A stretch of 20,000 nt of DNA from an uncultured virus (IMG/VR IMGVR_UViG_3300034155_000028). Taxonomy: Duplodnaviria > Heunggongvirae > Uroviricota > Caudoviricetes. The notes under the pieces are model-generated. The model worked only from the letters and a program-made list of their open reading frames with translations. It ran no database searches and was not told the DNA's origin. Positions 1 to 8,409 of this stretch are shown in pieces (the stretch's first letter is position 1; each line of letters begins with the position of its first letter). The stretch lies in IMG/VR virus record IMGVR_UViG_3300034155_000028; one strand, 5' to 3'. Both the position numbers and the translations under genes were made by a program.

Positions 1-267
1 TTTCTCTATCCTTATCCAATGTGTTGGCATATATTGTGAAGTAAAATACCTATCTTCAAATGGAATATATTCGGCCCATTTCAAACTTAAATCATCAGTT
101 ATATTACTAACAATTCCATACATAATACGACGACAATATGTAAAAATTACATGAATTTGAAAATGTGGTCCGAATGATTCTCCTAACTCTCTTAGCTTGT
201 GATATTCAGGACAATCTTCCAATGTCGGAGGATCTTTTTCAACGTCTCTCCACAATTCTTTTATCAT
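1..267 (-). CDS. Hypothetical protein, DUF551-like (runs off window)
   Basis: Read by hand: MIKELWRDVEKDPP...YMPTHWIRIEK, open to base 1; the W..V...PP start and PTHW end resemble phage DUF551 proteins. Confidence 0.6.
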   Translation of the reverse strand, partial: MIKELWRDVEKDPPTLEDCPEYHKLRELGESFGPHFQIHVIFTYCRRIMYGIVSNITDDLSLKWAEYIPFEDRYFTSQYMPTHWIRIEK

Positions 268-271
268 ATTT

Positions 272-523
272 TTACCAAGAAATTACTATTCTATCAGAAC
301 TTATGTTTACGTTATAACCCAAATTAGTAAAATACTTTTTGATTTTTTCCGATGTTTCAAGTATATTACTTATTCCAAACTCTACAAGTTCTTGGTCGAA
401 AATGTTACAATGATCTTGGTTTAATTTTGCCTCTCGAATTATTTTTTCATTAACCCATTTTGCAAGACCTTCGTTTAAACTATCTGAAATTTCTCTCGCT
501 TTTGTTGCTGTAATAATTTCCAC
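272..523 (-). CDS. Small phage protein, 'ITAxxAR...GYxV...ISW' family
   Basis: ORF track 272..538; start moved to GTG at 523, which has GGAG 7 nt upstream; paralogous to 1379..1621. Confidence 0.75.
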   Translation of the reverse strand: MEIITATKAREISDSLNEGLAKWVNEKIIREAKLNQDHCNIFDQELVEFGISNILETSEKIKKYFTNLGYNVNISSDRIVISW

Positions 524-524
524 T

Positions 525-761
525 TTATTTCTCCACAAAATAATGCTTTAAATTTCTCGGTATCTTTACCCCTCGCAACCTAGTAGATTTACTCAATACA
601 AAATTTAGTTTTTGTGAAATAATAAAATCTAACTTCATATGTAAACCAGCAACATATACCAAATACTTTCTCATATCTCTAATATATCTATTTGGATTGT
701 AATAATATTTATTAAGATATGGATTTGGGATTTGGCAAATGTTAAAATAATGTGTATTCAT
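525..761 (-). CDS. Hypothetical protein
   Basis: 78-aa ORF tightly packed between co-oriented genes. Confidence 0.6.
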   Translation of the reverse strand: MNTHYFNICQIPNPYLNKYYYNPNRYIRDMRKYLVYVAGLHMKLDFIISQKLNFVLSKSTRLRGVKIPRNLKHYFVEK

Positions 762-765
762 TTTA

Positions 766-1062
766 TTATCTTCCAGATTTAGCTAACAAAGATTCCCTTG
801 GATCATCTTCAAAAGTTTCTTCATCATACCAATCTTCCCATCCAGATGTGCCATCTCCATTATATTCACACCACCTTCGTAATCCTCCCATATTAGAATA
901 ATCTCCCTTTACCCGATGCTTCAATTGAAATAAATCATATTGAGCAAGTACATCCATTATCTTTACCCCCTCCTCTACCGTATCTACATCTACAATAAAC
1001 TCTGGCATCGGTATCTGTGGCACCCACCATACCTGTAAATCTCCATCTTTATAATCTTTCAT
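766..1062 (-). CDS. P22 gp17-like superinfection exclusion family protein
   Basis: LQVWWVPQIPMPEFIVDVDTVEEGVKIMDVLAQYDLFQ...DYSNMGGL matches the recalled gp17 pattern (VWHIPQVPMKPFIVEV.SVEEG..LMD.LA.YD.FQ...DY.N..GL). Confidence 0.8.
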   Translation of the reverse strand: MKDYKDGDLQVWWVPQIPMPEFIVDVDTVEEGVKIMDVLAQYDLFQLKHRVKGDYSNMGGLRRWCEYNGDGTSGWEDWYDEETFEDDPRESLLAKSGR

Positions 1063-1219
1063 TTATGTTTCCCCAAGATGTCATCTAATCTACCCAAAGA
1101 TGTTATAGTTATTGCTACAACTATAGATAAAATAACCAATATTAATATTACAAATACCTTTACCATGCTTTTTCTATGTACCCATCATCTCATACCCAGC
1201 ATAGCTTGTCAATCTCTTT

Positions 1220-1375
1220 TTAAAGAAACTTACTCAACGCAGTCAAAACCTCTTGTAATTCTACTTGTTTGGGTTTTGTAAGCGTTGACCCATGATTATT
1301 AGCCACCTCAACAATCATATTCCTTGCCCAACGCATTGCGTGATTAATAATCTCTTCTCGTGTTTCTTGGTTCAT
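1220..1375 (-). CDS. Hypothetical protein (51 aa)
   Basis: Read by hand: MNQETREEIINHAMRWARNMIVEV...SKFL*; fills the gap between genes. Confidence 0.65.
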   Translation of the reverse strand: MNQETREEIINHAMRWARNMIVEVANNHGSTLTKPKQVELQEVLTALSKFL

Positions 1376-1378
1376 ATT

Positions 1379-1621
1379 TTACCAATTTATAACCACTTGA
1401 TCTTCATCAGTAATTACTTTATATCCAAAAGATACAAAATATGACGCAAGCAAATCACAACCATCTGCTCCATATTCTGAACGAATTTTTCTTATTTCGT
1501 TTTCATATATCACTAATTGAAACTCACCAAGCTTTGCAGCTTTTTGAATTCTGTCTGCTATATCTACTCTACAATTTGGCATTGTCTCTGCCAGTTTTCT
1601 AGCTTCTTTCGCGGTTATCAT
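1379..1621 (-). CDS. Small phage protein, 'ITAxxAR...GYxV...INW' family
   Basis: MITAKEARKLAE...YFVSFGYKV...VVINW; paralog of 272..523. Confidence 0.8.
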   Translation of the reverse strand: MITAKEARKLAETMPNCRVDIADRIQKAAKLGEFQLVIYENEIRKIRSEYGADGCDLLASYFVSFGYKVITDEDQVVINW

Positions 1622-1633
1622 TTTCTTTTTCCC

Positions 1634-1927
1634 TTACCAACTAATATGTACCAAATATTTCCCAGACTTAATCTTCCCATCGCGACATAACCCATCCAAA
1701 ATTGTTCGTAACATATATTGTTTGGTTTTTCCATTTTGAAAATCTAACCAGTTACGAACTTCCCCCAGATACATAGTATCCCCATCTACATCAAATTCTT
1801 TATGTATATCATTATTATATTCTTCTTGACAAACAATATCATATGTTTGTCCAGTTTCTTCTTTAATAAACTGTTCCAAATCACTATAATATACCGATAT
1901 AACAGTTTGCTCTGTACACTTTAACAT
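1634..1927 (-). CDS. Hypothetical phage protein
   Basis: 97-aa ORF; start overlaps upstream TAA (TAATG). Confidence 0.8.
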   Translation of the reverse strand: MLKCTEQTVISVYYSDLEQFIKEETGQTYDIVCQEEYNNDIHKEFDVDGDTMYLGEVRNWLDFQNGKTKQYMLRTILDGLCRDGKIKSGKYLVHISW

Positions 1928-2190
1928 TAATCACTTCCTTCTAGCAAATCTTTTATTGTTTCTATTTGTGGTTTTATTTTCCACTTCCCATGTTTTACAT
2001 CTAGCTTAAATTCTTTTCCAGAACAATTTCGACATTGGAGTCGTAGTGGTAATCCTGGGTGTTTTTCCTTCCATTTTTTCCATGTCTTTTCCCAAAGCCT
2101 TCTGGAAGATTCGCTTCCCTCTACTACTACATCTTGAAATAATTCTTCTTTTGTGTAGTATATTTTACTGTGATGTGGTTTAGTTACCAT
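1927..2190 (-). CDS. Hypothetical protein
   Basis: 87-aa ORF with CxxC, coupled to the next gene. Confidence 0.7.
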   Translation of the reverse strand: MVTKPHHSKIYYTKEELFQDVVVEGSESSRRLWEKTWKKWKEKHPGLPLRLQCRNCSGKEFKLDVKHGKWKIKPQIETIKDLLEGSD

Positions 2191-2198
2191 TTTTCTAC

Positions 2199-2411
2199 CT
2201 ATGGATTCGCTATTGGTATATTATTGTTTTTATCACTATAACTAGTTAACCATATAGCAGTAAATCCAATTTTGTTTATTGCTCTACATTCTTTGTTTTG
2301 ATGATTTCTAGACTTTACACAACGCAACCGCTCTCCAGTTTTACTATCTATAAAACAATGTGTACACCTATTTTTATCTCCAAGTATTGGATAATCTCCA
2401 GTATAAACCAT
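2199..2411 (-). CDS. Hypothetical Cys/His-containing protein
   Basis: 70-aa ORF, tight packing. Confidence 0.65.
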   Translation of the reverse strand: MVYTGDYPILGDKNRCTHCFIDSKTGERLRCVKSRNHQNKECRAINKIGFTAIWLTSYSDKNNNIPIANP

Positions 2412-2412
2412 G

Positions 2413-2814
2413 TTATTCCTTATTATCGCAATATTCGAAAGTTACACGCTCGCTGTAACATCCGTTAGATGTTCCCAACCATCTAATTGTCACGCTTCCT
2501 TTAATTGAAGAAAATTTATAAAATGTCCATGTGTAAGAGTCAATATCTACATTAAATCTTTTAGACTCTAATAGTTCAGAATTATCAATATTAGTAACTT
2601 CTTCAGCTACCAATAAAGGATATGCAATTAAATCTTCTATATCTCCAATAATTTCTTCTACTTGTACTTTTTCACAACAACTTTGTTCATGGTAAAAATC
2701 AGCACTGGTTCCATCTGTAAATTTCAAACTTATAATATCACTATATTGTTCCGCTCCAGAAATTTCTTTTATTGTCTTACCCAAAATATCTGTTAATATA
2801 TTAATTTCTGTCAT
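2413..2814 (-). CDS. Conserved phage hypothetical protein (YHEQxCCE / TWTFYK / RWLGxSNGxYSE family)
   Basis: Motifs YHEQSCCEKV, SYTWTFYKF and IRWLGTSNGCYSE are recalled from a widespread phage family of unknown function. Confidence 0.85.
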   Translation of the reverse strand: MTEINILTDILGKTIKEISGAEQYSDIISLKFTDGTSADFYHEQSCCEKVQVEEIIGDIEDLIAYPLLVAEEVTNIDNSELLESKRFNVDIDSYTWTFYKFSSIKGSVTIRWLGTSNGCYSERVTFEYCDNKE

Positions 2815-2853
2815 TGTTATTGTTTTAATTGAATTGTTTTTACCAAAGAATCT

Positions 2854-3093
2854 TTATTCTTGGGTTAAAATTACCTGTGAGCCAGTAGGTATTTTACTCC
2901 AATCCCCTGCAATAAAAGTTCCTTTATCCATAGGGTTTATAACCATACCAATTGTTAAAGATGGATAATCTTCAGCTATTAAAACAATTCCAGTTTCGTA
3001 TGATGTACATAAAACAATTACATCAGCATCTACAGTCGTTAATTGATAAAGACCAGGAAAATCAGGTGGTGGAATAATAATTTTAGATTTCAT
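2854..3093 (-). CDS. Hypothetical protein
   Basis: 79-aa ORF. Confidence 0.75.
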   Translation of the reverse strand: MKSKIIIPPPDFPGLYQLTTVDADVIVLCTSYETGIVLIAEDYPSLTIGMVINPMDKGTFIAGDWSKIPTGSQVILTQE

Positions 3094-3096
3094 GTT

Positions 3097-3375
3097 TTAC
3101 TCATAATGCTTTTGACTTCTAGGAAGATATCGGAAACCTTTCCCAATATATTTTTCTATATTATATTCTCCATGATAATTTGAACCAATAAACATTCCAA
3201 CTTTATCATGAAAGATTCCAGAATTATCATATTGCTCTTTCGTAATAGTTGTTGGCATTATTACATGCATTACTTTATCGTAAAGAAATATTCCAAGCGC
3301 TGTTATAATGAAATATTTATCTGTTCCATTGTAATATATTTCACCAGTTGCTTTGCTTAATTGATCTTTATACAT
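3097..3375 (-). CDS. Hypothetical protein
   Basis: 92-aa ORF preceded by the dispersed motif. Confidence 0.75.
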   Translation of the reverse strand: MYKDQLSKATGEIYYNGTDKYFIITALGIFLYDKVMHVIMPTTITKEQYDNSGIFHDKVGMFIGSNYHGEYNIEKYIGKGFRYLPRSQKHYE

Positions 3376-3393
3376 TATATCTTTACCAAAGAA

Positions 3394-3678
3394 TTAATCT
3401 ACTTCCCACCCATCCTCTAACATCTCTTCATATGTTTTGTATTCGTCTACGTCTACCCCAATTAATTGTTCCCATAATGGAATCAATCTGTTTATATCAA
3501 ACATATTCTTCAAATATATCTTACTACCCTCTCCTTCTACCAAAAAACCAGATTTGGGAAACATCCCTACCGGCTTCTTTCTATTTACTATTGGTAGTAT
3601 CGCTATGTTTGGCCAACTGTCCGGATTAGATATAAATTCTAAATCTTGCCTCTGTTGCTCATTTAACATTTTAATCAT
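3394..3678 (-). CDS. Conserved phage hypothetical protein
   Basis: FISNPDSWP..AILP...EEMLEDGWEVD; start may be ATG at 3669. Confidence 0.8.
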   Translation of the reverse strand: MIKMLNEQQRQDLEFISNPDSWPNIAILPIVNRKKPVGMFPKSGFLVEGEGSKIYLKNMFDINRLIPLWEQLIGVDVDEYKTYEEMLEDGWEVD

Positions 3679-3829
3679 CTACCTTTTCTAAATTTCGTAT
3701 ATCTACTATCTTCGCTTCCCCCATCGGCTCATCTAGTAATACATAATATTTGTTAAGATATAATATATCAAATGTTCTATCATTCCCATCTTCAGGATTA
3801 ATAAATTTTGCTTTATCTCCTACTTTCAT
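3671..3829 (-). CDS. Small KOW/SH3-like protein (52 aa)
   Basis: Read by hand: MKVGDKAKFINPEDGNDRTFDILYLNKYYVLLDEPMGEAKIVDIRNLEKVDD*. Confidence 0.7.
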   Translation of the reverse strand: MKVGDKAKFINPEDGNDRTFDILYLNKYYVLLDEPMGEAKIVDIRNLEKVDD

Positions 3830-3832
3830 ATT

Positions 3833-4105
3833 TTACCTCAAAAATTCTACAAACTCACCTGCATAATAATATACATCCGAAAACCCATTTGCATGCCCCA
3901 TCTCCCACACCTTAAAAAACAACAGCTCTGCCTTCGGATGTCCTACAATACCAAGTTCAATAAATAAATCACGCTTGAACTCTTCCATCAATCTATTGCA
4001 ATCTTCATAATATGCTTTGTGAACAACAGGATCATGCTTCGCAAATGCATGCGGTAGCTTTGTTGTATAGTATTTGTTTTGAATCTTTTCACTTATATTT
4101 GACAT
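3833..4105 (-). CDS. Conserved phage hypothetical protein
   Basis: EFKRDL...HPKAELLFFKVWEMGHANGFSDV, a pattern familiar from small phage proteins. Confidence 0.8.
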   Translation of the reverse strand: MSNISEKIQNKYYTTKLPHAFAKHDPVVHKAYYEDCNRLMEEFKRDLFIELGIVGHPKAELLFFKVWEMGHANGFSDVYYYAGEFVEFLR

Positions 4106-4110
4106 TTTAA

Positions 4111-4320
4111 TTACTCCCAGGAAATCACCAACAAAAAATCAGCGGTACTTGTTTTATCAGATTGATATGAGGCTTTAAAATTTCTATCGTTTAATATCTC
4201 CATAATCTTTAAACCCAACATATAATTTGAAAACGGAACCGCAACTTTATTTAAAGCATTGTCTTTGGCTAAATTTATTAGAGTATAAATATAAACCAAA
4301 TACTGATGTATATTTAACAT
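4111..4320 (-). CDS. Hypothetical protein, tandem paralog of 4322..4528
   Basis: MLNIHQYLVYI...LVISWE. Confidence 0.75.
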   Translation of the reverse strand: MLNIHQYLVYIYTLINLAKDNALNKVAVPFSNYMLGLKIMEILNDRNFKASYQSDKTSTADFLLVISWE

Positions 4321-4321
4321 T

Positions 4322-4528
4322 TTAAATATATTCCCATGAAATTATCATTAACCAATCATTATCAATTGACCCAATACTTACACCTACACCAGAACTTTCT
4401 AATTTTTCTTGAATGTCTAATGCTAAGGTATAATTTGGAACTATGTGTACAAACCTGTTAGTATTATGATCTCTAGCTAGTTTGGCCTGCTTAGCAATAT
4501 AAACCAAATGTTGATGTATATCTAACAT
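4322..4528 (-). CDS. Hypothetical protein, tandem paralog of 4111..4320
   Basis: MLDIHQHLVYI...MIISWEYI. Confidence 0.75.
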   Translation of the reverse strand: MLDIHQHLVYIAKQAKLARDHNTNRFVHIVPNYTLALDIQEKLESSGVGVSIGSIDNDWLMIISWEYI

Positions 4529-4529
4529 T

Positions 4530-4787
4530 TTAAGTATATTCTTTTATCAGTTTAATAATTATTAATGCTGCAAAAACATTTATAAAACTAAGCGTTGGCA
4601 ACACTGAAAAACTAGACACCAAACAATGATTCCAAAGATATTGGATAACTATAGATAGCCCCGCAATCTGTGTTAAAAACCACACAATAACTTTAATAAG
4701 TTCTATTGAGGAAAGAATTAGTATCTTAATCCCCTCTTTAGCTTTTGTTGCTAGACTTGATTCGTGTTGGTTACGATAATTATACAT
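4530..4787 (-). CDS. Putative membrane protein
   Basis: Two hydrophobic segments around a YLWN motif. Confidence 0.7.
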   Translation of the reverse strand: MYNYRNQHESSLATKAKEGIKILILSSIELIKVIVWFLTQIAGLSIVIQYLWNHCLVSSFSVLPTLSFINVFAALIIIKLIKEYT

Positions 4788-4834
4788 TGAACTATTTTCT
4801 TTATATTAAAATTGTTTTTACCAAAGAATATGTT

Positions 4835-4981
4835 TTATTCTACCTTGTCACATGAACATTTCGGCTCTTTATCGTTTGGATCAAGCCATGCATAATCCCC
4901 ACATTCAGGACAATCCCACCATACCCAATCGGCTGGAATAGTATAAACATCCGGATCTGGATATCTTGTCAAATCATTCAT
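4835..4981 (-). CDS. Small Zn-ribbon-like protein (48 aa)
   Basis: Read by hand: MNDLTRYPDPD...WDCPECGD...KCSCDKVE*; ATGA overlap with the HAD gene stop. Confidence 0.7.
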   Translation of the reverse strand: MNDLTRYPDPDVYTIPADWVWWDCPECGDYAWLDPNDKEPKCSCDKVE

Positions 4982-5472
4982 GTTAATATATCTTTTGCTT
5001 GATTAAATAATTGCTGTGTCGTAAAACCTATATTCCAATCCGTCTTTACCAAAAAAGTTTTTACTTTATCCATGTCATCTCGGTCATCTATTATTACAAA
5101 TTTATCTATTTCTAACCATGTGCTCTCTAACCATACCAATATTTCTCTTCCCCGTGGCCCCTCTATCTCCGGTGTCTTTCCGATTATTCCTACCTCTAAT
5201 CCATGGAATTTTAACAAATCCTCTATATCACCAATCGTATCATATCTCCGCCAATCAGAACTTAATACTATTTGAGAATTTGTCTCCTTCGCCAACCTAT
5301 TAATTAACCCTACCGCTATTGGGTTTATACTCCTTATCGTCCTTAATCTCCACTTCCATTTAGTATCATTAAGGAACCTTTTCTCTTCCTCACTTGCCGG
5401 TGATAAATCTATCTCATGTCCCTCTAATACTATTACTCCATCTATATCTAAAAATATAATGTTAAGAGTCAT
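4978..5472 (-). CDS. HAD-superfamily phosphatase, Swiss-army-knife RNA-repair-like (HAD_SAK_2 type)
   Basis: IIFLDIDGV (motif I), IVLSSDWR (motif II), RGREILVW, FVIIDDRDD (motif IV). Confidence 0.88.
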   Translation of the reverse strand: MTLNIIFLDIDGVIVLEGHEIDLSPASEEEKRFLNDTKWKWRLRTIRSINPIAVGLINRLAKETNSQIVLSSDWRRYDTIGDIEDLLKFHGLEVGIIGKTPEIEGPRGREILVWLESTWLEIDKFVIIDDRDDMDKVKTFLVKTDWNIGFTTQQLFNQAKDILT

Positions 5473-5499
5473 AATGCCTATTTTTATTTAAATAATATT

Positions 5500-5715
5500 T
5501 TATCGCTCACCATTTATTCGAAATGGATTATTTGCCGGTTTACCATCGTAGTCAGGGCCAACCCAGGTATGATCCCAGATGTAAGCTAAATGTCTGTACC
5601 AGGTTTCTTGATTTAAAAACCCGCAATATCCACAATAATCTTCGTTACCATGTTTACAAATACCAATACTCGATGATTTAAATCTCCAATTCGCGAAATC
5701 CTTTACCTCTTTCAT
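5500..5715 (-). CDS. Hypothetical protein (CKHG...CGYC metal-binding motif)
   Basis: 71-aa ORF. Confidence 0.7.
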   Translation of the reverse strand: MKEVKDFANWRFKSSSIGICKHGNEDYCGYCGFLNQETWYRHLAYIWDHTWVGPDYDGKPANNPFRINGER

Positions 5716-5736
5716 ATAAAACTTCTTTCGTTTTTT

Positions 5737-5994
5737 TTAGGTGTGTATATATCCCCGATTCTCCCCTTTATATTCTACCCCATGATACATATCATTTCTC
5801 CAAAAATAAAAATGATCCATTCCATTCTTCAATATCCCTATCAACTCTTCCAATACTACCTCATGCTGTCTTCCATATCTTCGTAAACTTTCAAGAATTG
5901 TTTCAGGAATGTTTCCAGTTCCATCACAAGCTGGACATGGTGTAGATTTTACAAATTCTCCACCGTTACATCTAGGACATTTATAATTTTTCAT
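5737..5994 (-). CDS. DnaJ-type CxxCxGxG zinc-finger small protein
   Basis: CPRCNGGE...CPACDGTG; start moved to ATG at 5994. Confidence 0.75.
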   Translation of the reverse strand: MKNYKCPRCNGGEFVKSTPCPACDGTGNIPETILESLRRYGRQHEVVLEELIGILKNGMDHFYFWRNDMYHGVEYKGENRGYIHT

Positions 5995-6084
5995 TTTGTT
6001 ATCCAGGGCAACCAAATAGGACTTAAACACCAACTAATTAATGTTCCCATTAATAGTGAATTGCAATTAAGAATTATTTGCCAC

Positions 6085-6333
6085 TTAAGATTTTTCCAAG
6101 GAGGGTTTTCCACGTGGTGTGTTTCTTTCCAGTATAATTGCTACAGCCGCCAATTCAAATATATCTGTTCCCGGTGTTCTTATAAAATAATTCTCTATCC
6201 TTGCTACCTTAGAACTTACCTCTATCTCTGGTATAAATACAGACTCCCCTACCCTCGGTATCAACAATAATGTTGTCGTTATCTCTGTCTCTTGTTGATA
6301 CTCCTTATCAAAATATCTTATGTATGCTTTCAT
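6085..6333 (-). CDS. Hypothetical protein
   Basis: 82-aa ORF with IPRVGESV. Confidence 0.75.
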   Translation of the reverse strand: MKAYIRYFDKEYQQETEITTTLLLIPRVGESVFIPEIEVSSKVARIENYFIRTPGTDIFELAAVAIILERNTPRGKPSLEKS

Positions 6334-6352
6334 TTTTACCCCACTTTAAATA

Positions 6353-6592
6353 TTATTCCTCTTTAATTTCTAATCTTCCCATTATTACCATCTGTTCTGC
6401 CCCATATACCTTTTGTTCCCCACAACTCTCACACTCATATTTCTCAGCATCAGGTTCACAATTATCCCTTACCTCCCCACATCCTAAACATATTCCTTGA
6501 TATGATTCACTCAAAGAGTCATATTCTTCCTGTGTTACTATAAACTTATTCTTCTCTATTCCCTTAGCTGTTTTATATGTTTTAATTTCCAT
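6353..6592 (-). CDS. Phage Zn-ribbon protein
   Basis: GICLGCG...CEPDAEKYECESCGEQKVYGAE. Confidence 0.85.
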   Translation of the reverse strand: MEIKTYKTAKGIEKNKFIVTQEEYDSLSESYQGICLGCGEVRDNCEPDAEKYECESCGEQKVYGAEQMVIMGRLEIKEE

Positions 6593-6594
6593 GA

Positions 6595-6921
6595 TTATGT
6601 TGTTACCAAAGAATTTGTTTTATTTACAAGTTGTTCGTATTGCTCTGGAGTTAACTGAACTCCATGTACAATATATAAAAAACTTTCTCCGTAGCTAATC
6701 CCTATACAATACTCACAATTAAAACAATCATTGCAATCTATACAACCTATACAAGCTAGGCAATTAGTACAATCTTTACAAAACTCACATCTATTGCAAT
6801 TGTTACAATTTCTACAACATTTACACAAATGGCAATTATGATTTCCATTTGGACTCATATCAACTATAGGTAGTTTCGAAAACTCTTCCGGCGTTAGCTT
6901 TAACAATTCTTCTGGTGTCAT
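6595..6921 (-). CDS. Cys-rich CxxCxxC-repeat protein
   Basis: Cys at every third residue over about 45 aa, flanked by LTPEE/LTPEQ. Confidence 0.8.
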   Translation of the reverse strand: MTPEELLKLTPEEFSKLPIVDMSPNGNHNCHLCKCCRNCNNCNRCEFCKDCTNCLACIGCIDCNDCFNCEYCIGISYGESFLYIVHGVQLTPEQYEQLVNKTNSLVTT

Positions 6922-6943
6922 CTTATTTATCCTTTTCTACCTG

Positions 6944-7023
6944 TGCGTCTAGTAGGACTCGAACCTACGACTGCTTGATTCACTAGCTTCTGTCAAGAAC
7001 TCTTCCGTCTGAGTTATAGACGC
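6944..7023 (-). tRNA. tRNA-like gene with 14-nt anticodon loop (isotype undetermined)
   Basis: GCGTCTA-TA-ACTC AGACGGAA GAGT-T-CTTGA CAGAAGCTAGTGAA TCAAG-CAGTC-GTAGG TTCGAGT CCTAC-TAGACGC-A; all four stems are perfect Watson-Crick; no encoded CCA. Confidence 0.8.
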
Positions 7024-7031
7024 ATTGTTAT

Positions 7032-7301
7032 TTAAGAAACCTTAAGTGTCTTCAAACTTATTTGTGCTTCTTTTTGTCCCTGTCGAGCCAGAATTAAAGC
7101 AACTTGATGTATATTCGATATGTCTTCCTCTGATAAGTTTTCTATTGCCGATATTTCTTCTTTCGTTGGCTCTGTTAGGCACCTGCAATTAAGAAAGTCT
7201 CTACCCCAGCCCTTACCATTAAAGTAACAAAATACCTCCGCTCCAGATGGATGCTTTATCCAAAATGAATCTGTTGTCGCCCCGTAAACTATAATATTCA
7301 T
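7032..7301 (-). CDS. Hypothetical protein
   Basis: 89-aa ORF; ATGA overlap with the upstream gene. Confidence 0.75.
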   Translation of the reverse strand: MNIIVYGATTDSFWIKHPSGAEVFCYFNGKGWGRDFLNCRCLTEPTKEEISAIENLSEEDISNIHQVALILARQGQKEAQISLKTLKVS

Positions 7302-7423
7302 TTCTTAATCCCTACCCCAGTCTTAACATCCTCTTTCCATTCCATACTGGAAAATAAAAACGCCAACCCAAACCCCATCAAAAACCACACCAACTTTATC
7401 CTGTATTCTCTTTGTATTGACAT
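7298..7423 (-). CDS. Small membrane protein (41 aa)
   Basis: Read by hand: MSIQREYRIKLVWFLMGFGLAFLFSSMEWKEDVKTGVGIKK*. Confidence 0.6.
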   Translation of the reverse strand: MSIQREYRIKLVWFLMGFGLAFLFSSMEWKEDVKTGVGIKK

Positions 7424-7475
7424 AATTATTTATCCCTTAAACAAGTCCCCATATGCCAATCACATATGCTTATTA

Positions 7476-7865
7476 TCATCTGCCAATATTCCTTGCAAAT
7501 CTTTCGTGGCCTTCCCCATCTTCAACTATTCCAATCAGTGCCTCTCCCATCCAAACACCAGCCCCCAAATCCCAATTATTCAATTGCCCCGATATCCAAA
7601 ATCCATCATCCTTCTCATCTAAAAAGAGAATGGTTGCCTTTTCTTTTTCTCCACCATCTCCCCTAATAATTATAACCTCTTCCCCCTCTATCGGCTCCCC
7701 AAACTCTGGCTCTTGACAGTTGTGGTTTTCCATCAATGTATCACCACATACCGTTGCCGTTGTCGATATTCCATCTCCTATACACGTTGAACTGCAATTA
7801 ATTACCCTCTCTGCATTGCAACCCATCAATATAACCGCTATCAATATATTTATATACTTTGTCAT
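7476..7865 (-). CDS. Putative lipoprotein
   Basis: N-terminal MTKYINILIAVILMGC signal peptide with lipobox-like LMGC. Confidence 0.7.
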   Translation of the reverse strand: MTKYINILIAVILMGCNAERVINCSSTCIGDGISTTATVCGDTLMENHNCQEPEFGEPIEGEEVIIIRGDGGEKEKATILFLDEKDDGFWISGQLNNWDLGAGVWMGEALIGIVEDGEGHERFARNIGR

Positions 7866-7869
7866 TTGT

Positions 7870-8409
7870 TTATCCCTTTTGTTTCCGTTTCATCATTTCT
7901 CTATATTGTGTTCTAAGCTCTTTATACTGCTTAATTAAGTCTAGTTCTTCTTTTGTAAATATTATAGCTTCTTTTATAAAATATTTATTTAACCTTCTTA
8001 TATCTTCTTTGTGATGATACTTTAAATTAATTTGGGTAATTGGATCGGGATGTGTGTTTTGATTTTCCGGTATCCATTGCCTCTTTAATTCTTCATACGT
8101 TGTCACAATCCCATACTCATCTACATCTACCGCCCCAGCTGCCACTAACTCAGATATTTTATTCTCTAACTCTGTATCGTCTTTTTGGTCAGATATTGCC
8201 TCCCTCACCAACGCCAAACCCTTTCCCCAAAGTGGTGATACCTCCTCTATCATCATATGACACAATTGTCCAACTTCTAAATCTCGGAACTTTGCCACAT
8301 CCTCTGCTGTAACTTCATGTATATAAATTACACCAGTTTGCTTTTCTTCAGGTATATTATTCCAAAACTCTTCCACATACTCTAAACATCCATGAAAACT
8401 AATCTTCAT
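7870..8409 (-). CDS. Hypothetical protein
   Basis: ORF track 7870..8421; ATG at 8409 forms an ATGA overlap with the upstream ORF stop. Confidence 0.8.
   Translation of the reverse strand: MKISFHGCLEYVEEFWNNIPEEKQTGVIYIHEVTAEDVAKFRDLEVGQLCHMMIEEVSPLWGKGLALVREAISDQKDDTELENKISELVAAGAVDVDEYGIVTTYEELKRQWIPENQNTHPDPITQINLKYHHKEDIRRLNKYFIKEAIIFTKEELDLIKQYKELRTQYREMMKRKQKG

Noticed and set aside
270..283. TTTTACCAAGAA at gene ends (also 1377 and 1633) as copies of the dispersed motif
   Set aside because: These are explained by Trp-stop codons (TGG TAA) of the ISW/INW-ending proteins and lack the full CCAAAGAA core.
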